Positions 32,653 to 33,819 of a stretch of 33,819 bases of DNA are shown piece by piece. The notes under the pieces were generated by a model. The model searched no databases and was not told the origin of the DNA. It saw only the letters and a program-made list of their open reading frames with translations. Numbering within the stretch: position 1 is the first letter of the stretch; each line of letters starts with the position of its first letter. This DNA is from a virus. Its lineage: Duplodnaviria; Caudoviricetes. Location of the stretch: IMG/VR virus record IMGVR_UViG_3300002092_000121, positions 1 through 33,819 of that record. One strand, written 5' to 3'. The translations under genes were made by a program, and so were the position numbers.

Positions 32653-33759
32653 ATGAGCGAAGAATTAGACCGTAGAGAAATGTTAGAAGCAGCACTTGAC
32701 CAAGCCGAAGATGGCACTTTAGAAGCCCCCATTGAAAAGGAGATTATAGAAAATGACGATCCAATCCAAGCCGAAAACAACCAAGAAGCCGACAGTACAG
32801 AAAGCAACGACCGTGACGAAAAAGGCCGTTTTAAGGCAGCGGAAGCCGAAAGTGATCCCGTTGAAGAATCTGAATTGGTGGGAGAAGCTGATAATGATGG
32901 TGAAAGCCAAAATGTAGAATATACGCTACAAAAACCGACTACTTTCAAAAAAGAATATGTCCCAATTTGGGAGAAGTTGGCTGCTGGTAAACCCTTAACT
33001 AAAGAAGAATCCGTTAAGTTTGCCGAATACGCTGGTAACACTAGAGAAACCGAATTTAAGCGCGGAATCTCTACTTATAAGAACGAAGCAGATAACGCAA
33101 GACAATTAACCCAAGCCATAGGCCCTTTTATTCCTGAACTTCAGGCACAAGGAATTCACCCTGTAGCTTGGATTAATAATCTTGGCCGCGCCCATATGAT
33201 TCTGTCAAAAGCTCCGTATCAGGAGAAAGTACAGATGTTTCATAGACTTGCAGCGGATTATGGAATACAATTAGATCAAAATGCGATACAGACACCTGAA
33301 CAGGCGTATGTTGACCCGTACCAGCAACAATTAATGCAACAACTTCAAGCTACACAGCAACAAGTTCAGCAATTGTCGCAAATACGGGAGCAAGAGGAAA
33401 ATAGCCGATTGATGTCAGAAATCAGTCGGGTAAGTAGTAACAAGGTGGCTTTCCCGCACTTTGAAATGGTTAGGGAAGATATGGCTCAATTACTTGAGCG
33501 AGGTTTAGCCCAAGACCTTGAATCGGCTTATGCCAAAGCGGTGCGTATGAACGATGAAGCTTACAAGCTAGAACAGGACAAACTCCTGAAATCGGCAGGT
33601 AACCAAGCATCTAAAGCACAGCAAGTAGCTAAAGCTAAAGCAACTGCTGTTAGTCCAAGATCAGCTACACCTAGCGGTCAAGTGTCTAAAACAGATGCAA
33701 AGGATAGACGCTCCGTGCTAATGGCTCAATTGTCAGAAGCAGAGAGTGGTCGGGTTTAA
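32653..33759 (+). CDS. Capsid scaffolding protein
   Basis: Acidic N-terminus, RDEKGRFK motif, Q-rich coiled coil, LESAYAKAV. Immediately precedes the MCP. Confidence 0.8.
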   Translation: MSEELDRREMLEAALDQAEDGTLEAPIEKEIIENDDPIQAENNQEADSTESNDRDEKGRFKAAEAESDPVEESELVGEADNDGESQNVEYTLQKPTTFKKEYVPIWEKLAAGKPLTKEESVKFAEYAGNTRETEFKRGISTYKNEADNARQLTQAIGPFIPELQAQGIHPVAWINNLGRAHMILSKAPYQEKVQMFHRLAADYGIQLDQNAIQTPEQAYVDPYQQQLMQQLQATQQQVQQLSQIREQEENSRLMSEISRVSSNKVAFPHFEMVREDMAQLLERGLAQDLESAYAKAVRMNDEAYKLEQDKLLKSAGNQASKAQQVAKAKATAVSPRSATPSGQVSKTDAKDRRSVLMAQLSEAESGRV

Positions 33760-33782
33760 CTTAATTTAATAAAGGAAATATC

Positions 33783-33819
33783 ATGGCATTTGCTAATAGC
33801 GCAATTACCGATATTATCG
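33783..33819 (+). CDS. Major capsid protein, N-terminal fragment (MAFANSAITDII...)
   Basis: AAGGA SD and position after the scaffold. Only 12 codons are visible. Confidence 0.65.
   Translation, partial: MAFANSAITDII

Noticed and set aside
272-33041. Many antisense or alternate-frame ORFs in the track (e.g. 272..508, 7203..7490, 28140..28719, 29600..30904, 32649..33041)
   Set aside because: Shadow ORFs opposite or inside well-supported genes with biased codon use.

Overview
About 33.8 kb of a tailed dsDNA bacteriophage (Caudoviricetes, P22/podovirus-like head-tail architecture). It is probably most of a circularly permuted genome, because the window starts inside a head-module gene and ends at the start of the major capsid gene. 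Order: adaptor, tail nozzle, GNAT protein, three DNA-ejection proteins, tail-fibre adaptor and fibre, lysis cassette (holins, spanin, GH19 endolysin); a leftward early operon (mosaic small genes, exonuclease, SSB-like protein); a single Cro-like HTH regulator; a rightward middle region (truncated initiator-like protein, nucleases); SprT-like protease and metallophosphoesterase; then late genes (VRR-NUC, 2OG-Fe(II) oxygenase, Dps-like protein, polyvalent protein, terS/terL, portal, fibre, glycosyltransferase, scaffold, MCP). I see no integrase, CI repressor, polymerase, primase, helicase, reverse transcriptase, tRNA or CRISPR array. A freshwater betaproteobacterial host is a weak guess from gene content. 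The most unusual signals are mostly non-coding: (i) a ~400-nt highly structured, pseudoknotted RNA-like region after cro, where an initiator/origin would normally be; (ii) three more structured elements in the early operon; (iii) an early gene-cassette array joined by one shared 13-22 bp junction; (iv) a 250-bp mosaic of different phased palindromes and direct repeats; (v) a TTAAG-N4-CTTAA operator regulon with apparently leaderless mRNAs; (vi) a +1 frameshift in the terL Walker A motif with prfB-like context. All product names come from motif recognition, and all folding was done by eye.
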